DNA from: Selaginella moellendorffii
Taxonomy: Eukaryota; Plantae; Lycopodiophyta
Direction of reading: 5' to 3'
NCBI RefSeq assembly: GCF_000143415.4
Contig: NW_003314314.1
Location: forward strand, 1-45,977
Length of the DNA: 45,977 nucleotides
Positions 23,640 through 36,268 of the stretch are shown one piece after another. The translations under genes and the position numbers were made by a program. The notes below the pieces were generated by a model. The model was not told the origin of the DNA, made no database searches, and saw only the letters and a program-made list of their open reading frames with translations. Numbering within the stretch: the first letter of the stretch is position 1; each line of letters begins with the position of its first letter.

Positions 23640-24400
23640 TAGCCCAATTCTGGCATACTGGTGGCCTATAACAAAAAGGTGGATACCCCACTGATTAGAG
23701 CAACATGGAACTTGAGATTATTCCCAAGCTAGATACAAAATCATGAGCAATACAATCTAGCAGGAGCCAAATTAATATTTTAGATGGTCAATAATGCTTC
23801 CAAATACTATCTTTATTATACATTTAAAACCCCCCACAACCCCTCATCCCTCACCCTAGAAAAATGCATGCTTTTAGGCTTTCACCCCAATCTCAACAAC
23901 TAGTTTATGGGATTTGAAAATTTACTAGATATGGAATAAAACTAAATTGTGAATTGGGATGCAGGAACAACACCATGGGATTCATGACACTCTCTAGATT
24001 CCATAGATATGCATTTTAGACAGATTTAACCACTTACTATAAATAGCACAAAAGACTGAATGGAACCAATACACAAGGTATGATAGTGAGGCTGTTTGGT
24101 GGACACAATAAGTTATCATAAAGCATTATTGAGGAACTAGACTCAACACATGAGGGTTTTTATCATTAGCTAGTGCAACATACAACACATTTAGCTAATA
24201 ATATATAAAAAATTCAATCCTTATGCTTATTTAGTTTATGTATACTTAAGATGTCCAATTAACTCCACTAGCATAAGAGGGGACAATAATAAAGTGGTCC
24301 AACTATATCGACCTTTATGGCAGAAGAGAGAGTGTCCAAAAGTACTGGTTAACAAGTATTTTTTGATACCTGAAGCCACATTTATGATATTTTACAATAT
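23640..24400. repeat. Diverged paralog of ~13185-13980 (probably a post-integrase region of a related gypsy element)
   Basis: tggcatactggtggccta / ggctttcaccccaa / ggtatgatag...tgtttgg..gacac.ataag.tatcat / attgagg.ac occur in the same order as at 13187-13690. Confidence 0.55.
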
Positions 24401-25558
24401 ATGCCTAATGTACATAATAGGATGATGCTAACTAGGCATAATTATGCTAATTATGAAATTTTGGAATTTGGTGAATATGAAGTTCTACTTCGACTTTTAA
24501 TACAAAAAAATACACTAAAAATATTAGGAAATCCTCTTGATTGGAACTTTGGACACATCTAGAAATATTGTTGTTGAGAAGAAACAAATTAATATCCTTG
24601 CAAGGACTTTATATTGCCAAAATAACCTAGTGTTCTGGAGATTCTAGCATCTTTGTCAAGTTCTTCTAGTCAAGCTGGCCAGACTCACTAGTCTATTGGT
24701 ATTTAGAAGTGCCCTTATAATAAAGTTGGTTGGACTCACTAGTCCCTCAGGGGGTTTTCTCTAAAATTTAAGAGCACTCGATTCCTCATGGTTGTCAAGA
24801 GTGTATAATAGAAGTATGTGATTTTTAAGTTTATGACTTTCTTCTAGCCAATTCACCAAATTCACCTAGGTGTTAGGACCAAAGATTACAGCCCAAGGGA
24901 TCAAAGAAAAGTTAGATTAACATTGCTGATTAAAATGTTTGGGACAGTAAGAAAATCAAAGCCCTTGTGTTTTTAATTGCTTCTTTGTTCTTCATACTTC
25001 AACTATAGCTTTAAAGTTTTGCCTATAGACCTCATAACTAGAAGAGATCTTGTAGATGGTATGTGTTTAATATTTTATTTATTGCCATAAAGGATCAAAG
25101 GACAATAATAATATTGATGGGAGAGGGAGAGAAAATACAAAAGAAAGCCTTAGGAAAAGTAAAGAATAATTGAGTAAGTGAGTGTTGTGATGGAAAATAA
25201 TAAGTTTTAATCTTTAGGCAGCAGTGCTTCTTTGTACTCACTCATGTTGGTGTTGTTGGAGTTTTTGCTTCACATAAATATACTATTTAAATTCTATGAT
25301 TTATTAAAGAATTAAAAAACTATACCTTTAATCTAATTTTAAATCCATTTTTATTTATTTAAAATATAAAATTTTTATTACTTTTATTGTAACAATTTCT
25401 ATAAAGGTTTTAACATTAATTGGTATATTGAGAATTTTAAAATATCATTATTTGAATATTTTTAAGATAAAATAAATATTATTATCAGCTAATACAATTA
25501 TAAAAAATTTAGTAGTTGTATACTAGTCTGGTGTTATACTTTAAGAATACCTTTATAT

Positions 25559-25574
25559 TGTGTGTGTGTGTGTG
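25559..25574. repeat. (TG)n microsatellite inside a very AT-rich tract (~25270-25850)
   Basis: tgtgtgtgtgtgtgtg; paralog at ~44769-44789. Confidence 0.9.
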
Positions 25575-26363
25575 TAACTAAATATATATTAAATTATAAT
25601 ATTTTCTCAAGAAACATAAAATAGTGAAACTAATAAAACTTTATTACCCATAAAAATTTGCTTTAAATATTAGCATTCTTGATGTCATAGATTTTAAGAA
25701 CCCATAAAAATATAAACTTGCAACATAATAACTAAATAAAGGAAAATGTCAAAGGCCAAATGTAAAGAGTAAAACGAATCAATTAATAATCTTGGATTAC
25801 AATTCTCAATTTAATCAGTATTTAGTAGGAGCTTTTATTTATAATAACCAAACGAAGACAAGTGTTTCTACTTATCAATTTCCTATACAAGAGTATCTAA
25901 AAGAGTGCTTGTGTGTGGAGGCTGGTAAAATGCTGCAATGCTGATCTATCTATCAAACTGCAAGAAATTGCAGAGGTGAAGGGAAGTCTCTTGCCAATTG
26001 TTACAAGTGCGATGGCCTTTAGACTCTCGTTCACGATTTGAAGCTTTCTTTGATGCTCACGAACAGCAATCTTACAAGTTTGATTGGTGGCGACGTGCAG
26101 AAATTTAGTTTTTTTCCCATACAATGGTAACAACTTTGACTGTCTGGAAGGAGGTGGGCAAGCCTTTTCCCTTTTCATCCGCTTATGACCTTCTAGACTA
26201 AGTCAAATGGCTTTATACCATATGGAACAACTGGAGGTGCGTACATATTAGCTCCTGAGTTCTTGCTCTAACGTGGTGTCGTGGTGTCGTGTGCCTGGGT
26301 GCCTAGAAAGTCGAACACCTTCGCTATCACCATCGTTACCCCACAGTCCAGCAGGAGATTTAA

Positions 26364-26765
26364 GGCAAAGCGTCCTTTATCAACGTGCACGTCTTCAAAG
26401 GCTTTGGAATTCTTCTAGTCTCATGTGATTTTGCTTTTTCCCAGAACCACTGGAGGTTCTTGTTAATAGTATGACTCTCATCATTGTTTTTTCTTGTTTC
26501 GTTCTTTTTATTTCACAGGTGGAGTTGCTAAACTCCCAGTGGATTGAAGATCGTTCATTTGGTCGGGTCGGTTCAAATTTACATGCTATGTGATGGTAAT
26601 GCCTCTGGAGCAAACTATGTAAGATCTTAATTTCCTGAGCTGGATTTGTTTTTCCATTTTCTAATCAAGTTACGGGGACAAACTGATCAGGAATCCTTGC
26701 AAACGTACAAGAAGATCCACGATGTTAGAGACCAGTCTACAGATTGCAAATACTCGGCCTACATG
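26364..26765 (+). pseudogene. Intron-containing gene relic with Ulp1/C48 peptidase-like motifs
   Basis: Exon-like pieces between polypyrimidine-AG acceptors and GTA donors read ASFINVHVFK / NHWRFLLI / VELLNSQW / ...HDVRDQSTDCKYSAYM, the H-(D)-Q-C order of Ulp1 proteases. Internal stops are present. Confidence 0.4.
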
Positions 26766-27629
26766 GTAAAGTTCACGAGTTTTTCGGGGGATGCCTTGCC
26801 AAGCGGCCATGCCGCCAAGCCCTAGCGTGCTCTAGGTATCATCTTGTTGCAAGTCGGATCTCGGACCTTTCAGAGATTCAAACATTATGAACATTAAATC
26901 ATCGTTTTTACAGCTAAATCAAAGAAAATGATATGAAAAAAACTATCACGAGTCTGAACTATTCTGCTGCTCGATCAAACTTGTCACTGCTCTTTAGCTG
27001 CTTCCACTTTTCTTTTTGAAGCTGCTGCCCCTACTCTGCTGGGCGAACTTAAAACTTCCATTTTTCAACCTGCTGCCCCTGCTTGGTTTAAGAAATTTTT
27101 TCGTCTTTAAGCTGCTCAATCTTTGCTGCTCGATCTTAGCTGTTTCAGCCTGCTCCCTTTCTCTCCAAGTTTTAAAATCATCTTACAGTTTTCGATTCCC
27201 ACTTGCTCGATTCTTATGACCTCTGACGCTGGTTTTATCTTTCGCTGCTTCAAGTCCTGCTCCACCCTCATTTACATATTGTTCTGGCGGCCTCCTATGA
27301 TCTGGACCAAGTTGGCAGTCAGACTATTTTCCAAATACAAAAGAAACATAATCACAAGTTGGCCAGAATAAGCAGCTCCTTAGCGTAGTCTCTGAGATGT
27401 TTTATTTATTTAGTCTCGAAGAGACGGCCTCCAACGATCTGGACCAAGTTGGAGCTCAGAAGATATTCCACCAGAGGAGAAAATTAAAAAACAAAAAAAA
27501 TACCATAGGATTTGTTGCTGATACTAAAGGAGCTACCATCACAATTTGTGTGTCGCTGCAGCTTGCTTCTTCTGTTTAACAACACGGATGAAATGAATGG
27601 AAGAGGAAAAAACGAATGACTCTACGTAC

Positions 27630-29325
27630 CCTCAGTCCACATTTCTCGATTGTAAAGGTGGCCATTGAACCTCTGAATCGCTTTGCACCAGCTTCCACGT
27701 TCCATGAAACTCGTCCAATCTTCTGTCTTTATGACTGTTGCTTCGTCTTAGAGTTCGCTCCAGCTCTTGTAGTCTCCGCATGTCAGGGGCGAACATCAGC
27801 CGTTTTTCAGTCTTTGTGAAGCCGAACCTCTGGCTCCGCCGCCACAAGCAGTTTCTTCGAGTTTGAGATCATCTTGCCATCATCATCTTCTATCATCCAA
27901 GCACCTGTAAGAGTGATCCTGGACAGCATTGAAGCTCTCGTCCCGTTTCCGTCAACTAGAGAGCTTTGTCTTTGATCCGTCTTGGCATCTCATCTTCTCC
28001 TCATCTCGCTGTTCTCACGCCAACGTTTGATGGACTCTTCTCCACTCGGCTGGCTGACTGCTCCGATCTCGGGCACCGTCTGAGCGAGCTCCGCTTGAGA
28101 AGCCCAGATCTTGACAAAATTATCTGCTATCTCCCGATTGATCAAGATATCTCCGAAACTTTGGAGTCGAGGGAGGATATCTCCTCGAAGAGGTTGATCT
28201 TCTCTTGACTTAGAAGTGTGGAGACTGGTCTCTGGCGCTTTGGAGGCTTGCTACTGCTTCCCTGCGCTGCTCGAGCTGTCAATACTTGGCTTGCACCTCT
28301 GTTCTGTATTTGACTCTCGAGAGCTGGTTACTTCTTGAACTTCCATTCTCGTTTCTTCGACGTGCTTAGAACGTCTGGCAGTTAGGGAATGCTTCCGCCA
28401 CTTCAGGCCTTGATCGTGCTGAGAAGCTTGAGCGGAAGCATGCAAAAACACAGCTTCCTGCGAAGCCAGATGCTCCTTCTTGTCGCATGTAGCGTCCATC
28501 TGATCCGTCAAACCTCTGCTCTCACATCGGTTCTCCTCGGCTTGTCTTCTTCATCCTTCAGAGCTCCTCGCCCAAAGCTTTGCTTTGCATCTGGCACGTC
28601 TCTCTCTCCTCCAGCGCCTCGAGTCCCGTGATCCTCTCCATCAGCTGCCAGTTACTTGCTTCTCCAGCCTCGCCTTTGCACTTCCAAACTCCGCCATCAC
28701 GTGCTCTCGCCGAGAGCTCCACCTCGTGCAGCGGATTCGACTCCGTCAGCCATTATCCCCTGGGGCTTCTCCTTCAAGAACTCCTGTCCGAACACTTCCC
28801 TCATTCCACCAGATGACAGAGAACGTCTAGCGTAGTCTGTCTTATAGTCTCTGCAGCCATCCGAAACCCCAGTCACGAGCAGCTTCAGCTATATCATCTT
28901 GCAGCCATCTGACACTGGTTTACGTCGTTCCTCGCTACTATCATGGACAGCCTTACCGCAGCAGGCGCTCCTGAATCATCTCCATCCACTGGAAAGCTGA
29001 TAAGATAGATCCCTCCTTGCGCCAGACACTGTAGAGTGTAGTCAAACTTGATCCATTGATCTTCTCTTGACTTAGAAGAGTGTGGACGCTGGTCGCTGGC
29101 CTGTTTAGACGCCTGAAGTGTGATGGACTTCTCTGCCTGGAGCCCCGAGACACAGTCGTCACGTGCTGCTTTCACGTCTTGGACAGCTGCAAATCTTTGG
29201 AGTCGAGTCCTCGAGAAAGTCGATCTTCTCTCAACTTAACTGGTCTATAGCTTTAGTGGCTTCCTACTGTGCTGCTCAACTTGCTTGGAGATCCAACTTC
29301 TGGATTTGACTCTTGAGAGTTGGCT
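27630..29325 (-). pseudogene. Coiled-coil gene relic, copy 2
   Basis: Paralog of 7438-9660 lacking ~706 bp plus 10 bp, and extending further 3' (ORF 27632..27847). Confidence 0.6.
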
Positions 29326-29334
29326 TCTCCGATG

Positions 29335-31125
29335 CTAGAGTCCGAGCACTGGCCTCCAGTTGACCAATCCTTGCAGCCAACTTCTCGAGCTCGGAGCCAA
29401 CTTCATTTCTCGTTTCTTCGACGTGCTTAGAACAGTTTGCTCGTGTTCTCTTCTCAGGTAAACCCAGGGTCTAGTCGTCTTAGAGTTCGCTCCAGCCCGG
29501 CCGATCATCTTCTCCCCATCATGGTTCTGACAAAACAAACACTCATCGTTCACTTCAGCTCTCTACAACAAACACGGAAGTTATTAGCAAACGGCCATCT
29601 GGAATCTGGAAGGTATATCAAACTTACCTGTCTCCTCTTGAATTCGGCAACAAAATCTCTCCCCGCACGATCATATAGTTCTTTTGCCTCCTTCACGAAG
29701 ACCACCTCGCCGGACTGAAGCTTCTTCCACGGTTTCCTCTCACTCGGGATCCTATCCAGCATTTTCTGGAGCCTCATCATCTTCCGCGCTCGCTTGATCC
29801 TCTCTCGGTCGCTGGATTTGCCGTTGAGCTCCTCGTAAAGCTGCTCGGTGAGTCTGATCAGAATCCGGAGCGCGCTAACACTCCAAGACTTTTCCTCGTG
29901 CTTCTCCTCTTCTGTTTCCTCGCGCTTTTCCTCTTCCAAGCTGCGGATCTTCTTCTCGGTTTTTCCCCTCTGGTTTAGCCACCGGTTTGCCTTGTGGAAA
30001 GCTTCGAGATACGCGAACTCAACATAGCCCCCTCGGCCATCGCTAAGATGGGTTTCACTCCGCCGTCGGGTGCCGTCGGGAAGAATGTCCTCCGCTGAGG
30101 AAGAGAAGCGAACCATCTTCGGCCTGGAACCTGCAAGTCCAGAAGGCCATCGTGAGTCACAGTAGAAGAAGAATGCGAGAAGCAAAAGGAACCATACCTG
30201 GACGACGACCCCCGGCTGGCAGTAGAATTGGCTTGGGTCGCTGCTCCTCCTGCTTGGGCTTGTCATTCTCCTGCTGCTTCATCTTCTCTTGATCGTCTTC
30301 CCGTTCCAGAGGCTGCTTGATCGGCTTGATCATCTGCTCCTCCTCTTGTTCCAGCTGCTGCTTCATCGGCTTGATCATCTGCTCCTCCTCTTGTTCCAGC
30401 TGCTGCTTCATCGGCTTGATCATCTGCTCCTCCTCTTGTTCCAGCTGCTGCTTCATCGGCTTCATCCGCTGCTCCTCCTCCTGTTCCTGCTCTTGCTTCA
30501 TCGGCTTGATCGGCTTGATCGGCTGATTCGGCTGATTCTTCTCCTCTCGTTCCAGCTGCGGCTGCTCCTTGTGACCTTGCTCCTGTTTCACCTCGCGCCT
30601 GAGTTCCTTCGTCTCATGGGCTTCTTTCTCCTGCTCCTCCTCGCTCAGCTGCTCAGCTTTCTTCTCTTGCTCCTCCTCCTTCAGCTGCTTCTCGGCTTCG
30701 TTTTCCTCCTCTTGTTCCAGCTTCATCGGCTTCATCTGATCGGCTTCTTTCTCCTCCTCGTTCACCTGCTCGGCTTTCTTCTCTTCCTTCAGCTGCTCCG
30801 CTTTCTTCTCTTGATTCTCCTCTTCGTCCTCCTTCTCTTGTTCCGGCTTGATCGGCTTGATCGGCTCCTTGTGCCCTCGCTCCTGTCGTATCGCTTCTAA
30901 GACGATTTTCACCTCGTGCCTGAGTTCCTTCAACTTCAAGGCGGCGGCGTCCATGGCTTCTCCCGAGACGGCCTCACAGACACGATCTTGGACCTTCAGC
31001 TTCGAGGCCGCCGCGTCCATGGCTTCCGGGTGGACCTTGTTGTCGCCCTTGTGCGCCTTTTTTGGTCGAAAGAGAGACCACAAACCTGTGACGCATCCAC
31101 TGCGCTCCTGCTCTGTTCGCGCCAT
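29335..31125 (-). CDS. Three-exon gene (31125-30198, 30130-29628, 29562-29335), 552-aa paralog of 9670-11415
   Basis: Identical splice sites (introns 30197-30131 and 29627-29563), one extra 45-bp repeat, and an intact frame. Confidence 0.75.
30303..30482 (-). repeat. Coding 45-bp tandem repeat x4
   Basis: Units start at 30303, 30348, 30393 and 30438. Confidence 0.95.
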
Positions 31126-31209
31126 AGCTTGCCCTTTGCAAAATGCCTTTAATGCCCTAACCCTTACTAAATCTATTTCACTTTAATGCGTTCGTTTACA
31201 TTTCTCGGC

Positions 31210-31421
31210 AGTGACTTAGGCAGCGCCCTGGCTCTTGAAACTCAGACACGCTGGAACCAGCTCACAGGCTGCATCCCAGAAGATGTTTACACACTCTCAT
31301 CTCTCAATATCTAGACTTGAGTCTGGAACAAGTCCCTGGAGCTGGTTTCTAATGCTTCCAGCTTGAGAGTGCTGATCAAACCAGCTACCAGATACCATCT
31401 GACCTCAGTAAACTTTCCAGA
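31210..31421 (+). pseudogene. Plant-specific LRR gene fragment, copy 2
   Basis: Nearly identical to 11500-11711. Confidence 0.75.
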
Positions 31422-31770
31422 AGAAAACAAAGAAACGAGATGGTAGCTATAGTAAGTACAGTCTTTGTGTGCTTTCTTTGTTGGTGAATGTTTAGATGCT
31501 TACCCTAGATGTGCCATTCTTAACATGCAAACTTCCTGACATGACAAAACTTCAAGAGCATTGAATTCACAAGGTAAGTGCTCTCTATCATTCTCCTTAA
31601 AGCTTATGCTTTACATCATGCAGGAAAATGCAAGTCAATTTTGGTCATGTTTGCTGTTGAGCTGCATCTTGTTACCAAGCACACATACTTCTGCCACCAA
31701 TTTGCTTTTTGAAACTGTTGTATGACATTGAATTTAGCAGACACAAAACTTTTTATTTGTTCTTTTTTAG

Positions 31771-32012
31771 ATACAACGTCCTATGAGTCCATTCTGAGTT
31801 CATCGTCAAGCTCAGGTGGTTCAGAGGAAGGAGGAGAAGCTGTTTTTAGTGATGGAGAGCATGTGGAGTTCGAGGACAATATTAGGGATGATGCTGTTGT
31901 TTATATGGTGGAAGAATCATCATCAGATGGAGATCAAGATGCAGAGAAACTTATTTTCAGTCTCAAGGAGATATTTGATTTCAGCCATATCCCACTAAAG
32001 AAGCAATCTTGA
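31771..32012 (+). pseudogene. Acidic terminal-exon-like fragment, copy 2
   Basis: Paralog of 12061-12302. Confidence 0.35.
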
Positions 32013-32646
32013 ATTCTGAATAAAGAAGAACAGTATTTCTATGTATTACAAACAATGCTTTATGAGGGATGTAAGTTGTCTAGCTTCCCAACTTCAACAA
32101 TTTCAAATAATACACTGCTATGACCCAGCACTAAATAACAAAGATAAGATGTTTAACTTTGCATAAACTATGTTATGCCTTCTCTTGAGGTTCCTTTAAT
32201 TATTCTACATATATTTGAGTTATCAAATAGTGATTAAAAGTCTCTTCCTTTAATCAGAATAGTCTTTTTTGTCATCTTTACTTTGCAAAGTTTGCAACTT
32301 TTTAGTATTCAACTTAATGCTAATAAAAGATTAACTATTCTTTTTTCTTTATTACTTATTCTTCAATTGTGAATAATCAGTTTTATAATATCCAAGTTCA
32401 CCACAATGATGTCATAAATTGGTGATGATCATAAATTTGGAATCTAACTTGCCACAACACTTGATACAATCCTTTCTACTAAGCAAAGAGCCCTTTAGGT
32501 AAATTATATACTATAAATTTGGAAAAATAAACAAATACTAATCATCCACTTTATACTCCAGATATGGATAATAATGAGAATTATAACATTGCTATTGTCT
32601 CATTTATATGCAGTAGAAATGTTTAACAAACTTCGCTCCAAGTAGT

Positions 32647-32844
32647 AATAAGTAACTAAAAGGAACAACTTAAGAGATGATCTATACGGGTTCAAATATA
32701 AAAGGAAAAGGCCTATGAAAAAGAGTGCACCCCCTTTTCCAATCAGTTAAGGGTCTTGGGATATTTGGGGTTAAGTGTCCTTGGGTTTGAATAATACTGG
32801 GTTGGGTGGTGACCTCCCGGAAAGTCTAGATTCAAAAGTTTACA
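32647..32844 (+). mobile_element. Cassandra solo LTR
   Basis: Aligns with 16621-16823, including the 5S-like gttaagtgtccttgggtttgaataatactgggttgggtggtgacctcccggaaagtc, and ends TTACA. TSD GTAGT at 32642-32646 and 32845-32849. The empty site ccaagtagtgcaag is at ~14040 and ~34503. Confidence 0.9.
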
Positions 32845-33374
32845 GTAGTGCAAGAATGGTAATCAAATATTAATCCCAGGTCTTAGCAACTCATAGCAAT
32901 TGTAAAAGTATTGGTAATGTTAGGTCATGACCATATATAATACTTTATATGGTAAAACACCCTATACCCCTATGATATACACATATTGAAGACATGAAAA
33001 ATAACAATCCTAATCTCAATATTAAAAATTCTTATACATTGTGATCATCCTTTTAAAGGTCCAATCAGCTATTTCACCAAATCATTCATTTGAGGATGAT
33101 AAACACTTGTGAAAATATGATATATCCTTAGTTATCCAAGTTCACCACAATGATGACATAAATTGGTGATGATCATAAATTTGGAATCTAATTTGCCACA
33201 ACACTTGATACAATCCTTTCTACTAACCAAAGAGCCCATTAGGTAAATTATACACTGTAAAATTGGGAAAATAAACAAATACCAATCATCCACTTTTGTA
33301 GCGCACTTGGTTTTTACCTCCTATCCTATGGTGATTTACCATAGGATAACACTATGAAGTGGAACCTAAACCCT

Positions 33375-33416
33375 CCATGTGCCATGTGTCATATGCCATG
33401 TGTCACATGCCACGTG
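33375..33416. repeat. Six 7-bp CANNTG units, copy 2
   Basis: Identical to 12912-12953. Confidence 0.85.
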
Positions 33417-34699
33417 TCCAAAGGACAGTGGTGTGGAACCTGAGGTTGAAGGCCTTGGGCCACTAAACGAAGGAACAAATTCCAAACTCCCAAGCATGGA
33501 GCTAAGTGATGGAAAGCAACTCCCAAGCATATAGCCCAAGGAGTGAAGGGACAGGAGCCTAGAGTGACTTGGAACAATCCTAGAGCAACCAACATCCTGA
33601 TGACAGGATTAGCATGCAAAACGGAGCCAAACGGAGTCTAGTGCTATTTTGGCATACCGGTGGCCTAATATAAAGACATGGGTACTTTACCAGCTAGCAT
33701 GGTGTGGAACTTGGGCTTAGACCTAAGCCAAATGCAAAACAAAGACAAGCATGTAAATAGGAGTTAAACTATGCCTCAGGTTGATCGGCCATGCACGACC
33801 TACCCACTATCCCTACTATACATTTGGAACCCCCTATAGCCTCCCTCACCCCCCTTTGAGGAACACACGCTTTGGGCTTTCACCCCAAGCCTCCCTTAGT
33901 ACCAGAAGTTAGTCTCTAGAACAAGCTTGAAACTTATTAAATATGGAATGTTCTTAGATTGCAAATTTGGACACGAGACAAACATCATTGTGTTCATGAG
34001 AATCTCTACATTCCGTAAATATGCCAAATAAGTAAATTTGGACACTTTCTATAAATAACATTTGGGACCAAAATGAGACTAACACAAAAAGTATGATAGC
34101 AAGGGTGTTTGGCAGACACGATAAGCTATCATCTAACAATATTGAGGGACCAAGCTCAATATTGCGGGGGTTCTTAATACTAGCAAGTACAAGCCAATGA
34201 CATAAGTTTCTCAAACTAGTCCAAGTATGCTCAGCAAGAAACACATAGGGGTTCCTACTTTATATTTATCCAATCTAAGTGCATGGTTATTGACCAATTT
34301 CTCAACTAGCCCAAGTGGGAACTGATAACAGGTCCAGCAATACTAACCTCCTGCTATTGTGGCAGTAAGGAAATTGTGTCCGTAAGGACTAGCCGATAAG
34401 TAACTTTCGATACCCAAAGTCACATTCGTGACAACTTTATACTCCACATAACATTACTATTATCTCATTTATATGTGGCAGAAGTGTTTAACAAACTTTG
34501 CTCCAAGTAGTGCAAGAATGGTCATCAAATATTAATCCTAGGTCCTAATATTATCAACTTATAGCAATTGTAAAAGTAAACTCAACTCTATTAGCAATGT
34601 TAGATCATGACCATATATAATACTTTATATGGTAAAACACCCTATACCCCTATGATATACACATATTGAAGACATAAAAAATAACAATCCTAATCTCAA

Positions 34700-35623
34700 T
34701 ATTAAAAATTCTTATATATTGTGATCATCCTTTTGAAGGTTTAATGAGCTATTTCACCAAATCATTCATTTGTGGATGATAAACACTTGTGAAAGTGTGA
34801 TATATCCTTAGTTAAGATGTCAAAATATAAAATGCCTCATCCATAAATGTAGAACTATTGTCTAAGAAAATCAGCTCTAGATGAGAATGCTAAAACACCA
34901 CTCAATTAAGGAAAAAACATTTAATACTAGTCATTAAGCAATAATAACACACTTATTGATAGTAATTGACTATGAAAAAGGCCCTATCAAATAAAATGCC
35001 ACCAATTCAATATCGAACTACAATTAACTCTAATTATCTTACAACAATAAAGACAGTATTATAAGTTTAGTACTAAACTCAACTATGCACATACCAAATA
35101 ACATCATATCATATCTTTAACCAATAGAAAAATTTATATAACTTCTTAGTCATATGATGACATTTCATATGCCTAACTTGAATAGAAGAGTTATTATGGG
35201 TGTGGAGAAAACATAGAATAAGGCACCACTAGCCTTAAATATGTATCAAAATTAGTCTTCACAAAGTAAAAATGGTCATCCTCAAGGTGATATTGAAAAT
35301 ATAAATATCAAAATAGCAAGTCATCAATAACTAATATAGAATTCCTAAACCACCCACAAATCCTTCAAATCCAAAGCTTATCCTTTTGAGTCTCACAAAA
35401 GCTCTAGATCTTGTAGACATTGAATATCAAACACAACAACTGATAGTGATACAAAATCTTTGTTTAAAAACTCTACTAATGTTGAAACAATAGACTTGTC
35501 AAGAATATAAGAAGAGAGTAAAAAAAGGAGAGGAGGTCAAGAAAGAGTATAAGCATTACCTAGGGCGATAAATAACCTCAAAATTATATAGCTGAAAGTT
35601 TTAGATCCTACTAAGTTGTAAAA
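34700..35623 (-). mobile_element. Decayed Ty3/gypsy RNase H end and integrase (element A)
   Basis: Minus strand: QLYNFEVIYRPR..NAYTLS; LRLVVP...RHMKCHHMTKKLYKFFYWLKI (Zn-binding domain); ELVAFYLIGPFS..INKCVI; LIFLDNSSTF...IYHTFTSVYHPQMNDLVK (similar to YHPQxNGxxER). Confidence 0.8.
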
Positions 35624-35628
35624 CTAGC

Positions 35629-36263
35629 TATAGCGCACCTTATCTCTCTCCCCTTAAGCTAACTAGAAAAGGGGCCATTAATTAATAAAAGAGCTTTTAG
35701 TGGCTATTTTATCTTTATTTATCCCCTAAGATTCCAATGATCCACGGTGATAGTATATCCAAATCTCATTTCATAATCACATATGTTACATTCATCCCCC
35801 CTTTAGAGATGTTAATGTCCTCATTTACTATTGACTAATAACCCCTACTGAGCCAAGGGGAATCAACACCTCCATTTCTACACTGAATCTACTAATCCTT
35901 CCATTATATAGATTAGTTATTCCAAGAGAATCAACACCTCCATTTCTGTAATCCTTCAATTGTGTAGATTAGCTATTCCATGTGAGGCAATTAGTCATTC
36001 ACTCGTACTGTGGTCTCACGGTGGATACCTTCATTCGTGGATGCTCTACCAAAAGGAAGGACGTACGCATGGATGCCCACTAATCAATAAGATTTGAACC
36101 CATGCCATTTGCTCTGATACCGTACTATCTTTCTCCCATTAAACTAACTGAAAAAGGATGAAAGAGCCCTTAATGGTTATTTTATCCCCATTTATCCCCG
36201 AAGGTTCCAAGGATCCATGGTAACAATATATTTAAATCTCATCCCATGATCACATGCACTAAA
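35629..36263 (-). mobile_element. TRIM-2: old non-Cassandra TRIM nested in the gypsy RNase H
   Basis: Diverged LTRs at ~36263-36122 and 35790-35629. PBS GGTATCAGAGC at 36121-36111. PPT GGGGGGATGAA (35801-35791) abuts TGTAAC. TSD is CTAGC (35624-35628) and TTAGC (36264-36268; CTAGC in copy 1). Confidence 0.75.
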
Positions 36264-36268
36264 TTAGC

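Noticed and set aside
25897-26178. 93-aa minus-strand ORF (89 aa in copy 3)
   Set aside because: No recognisable motif; persistence is expected from the recent duplication, although the 12-bp indel is in frame.
26790-26840. Helitron 3' end (GC-rich stretch followed by CTAG)
   Set aside because: No convincing hairpin before the CTAG and no matching 5' end or Rep/helicase.
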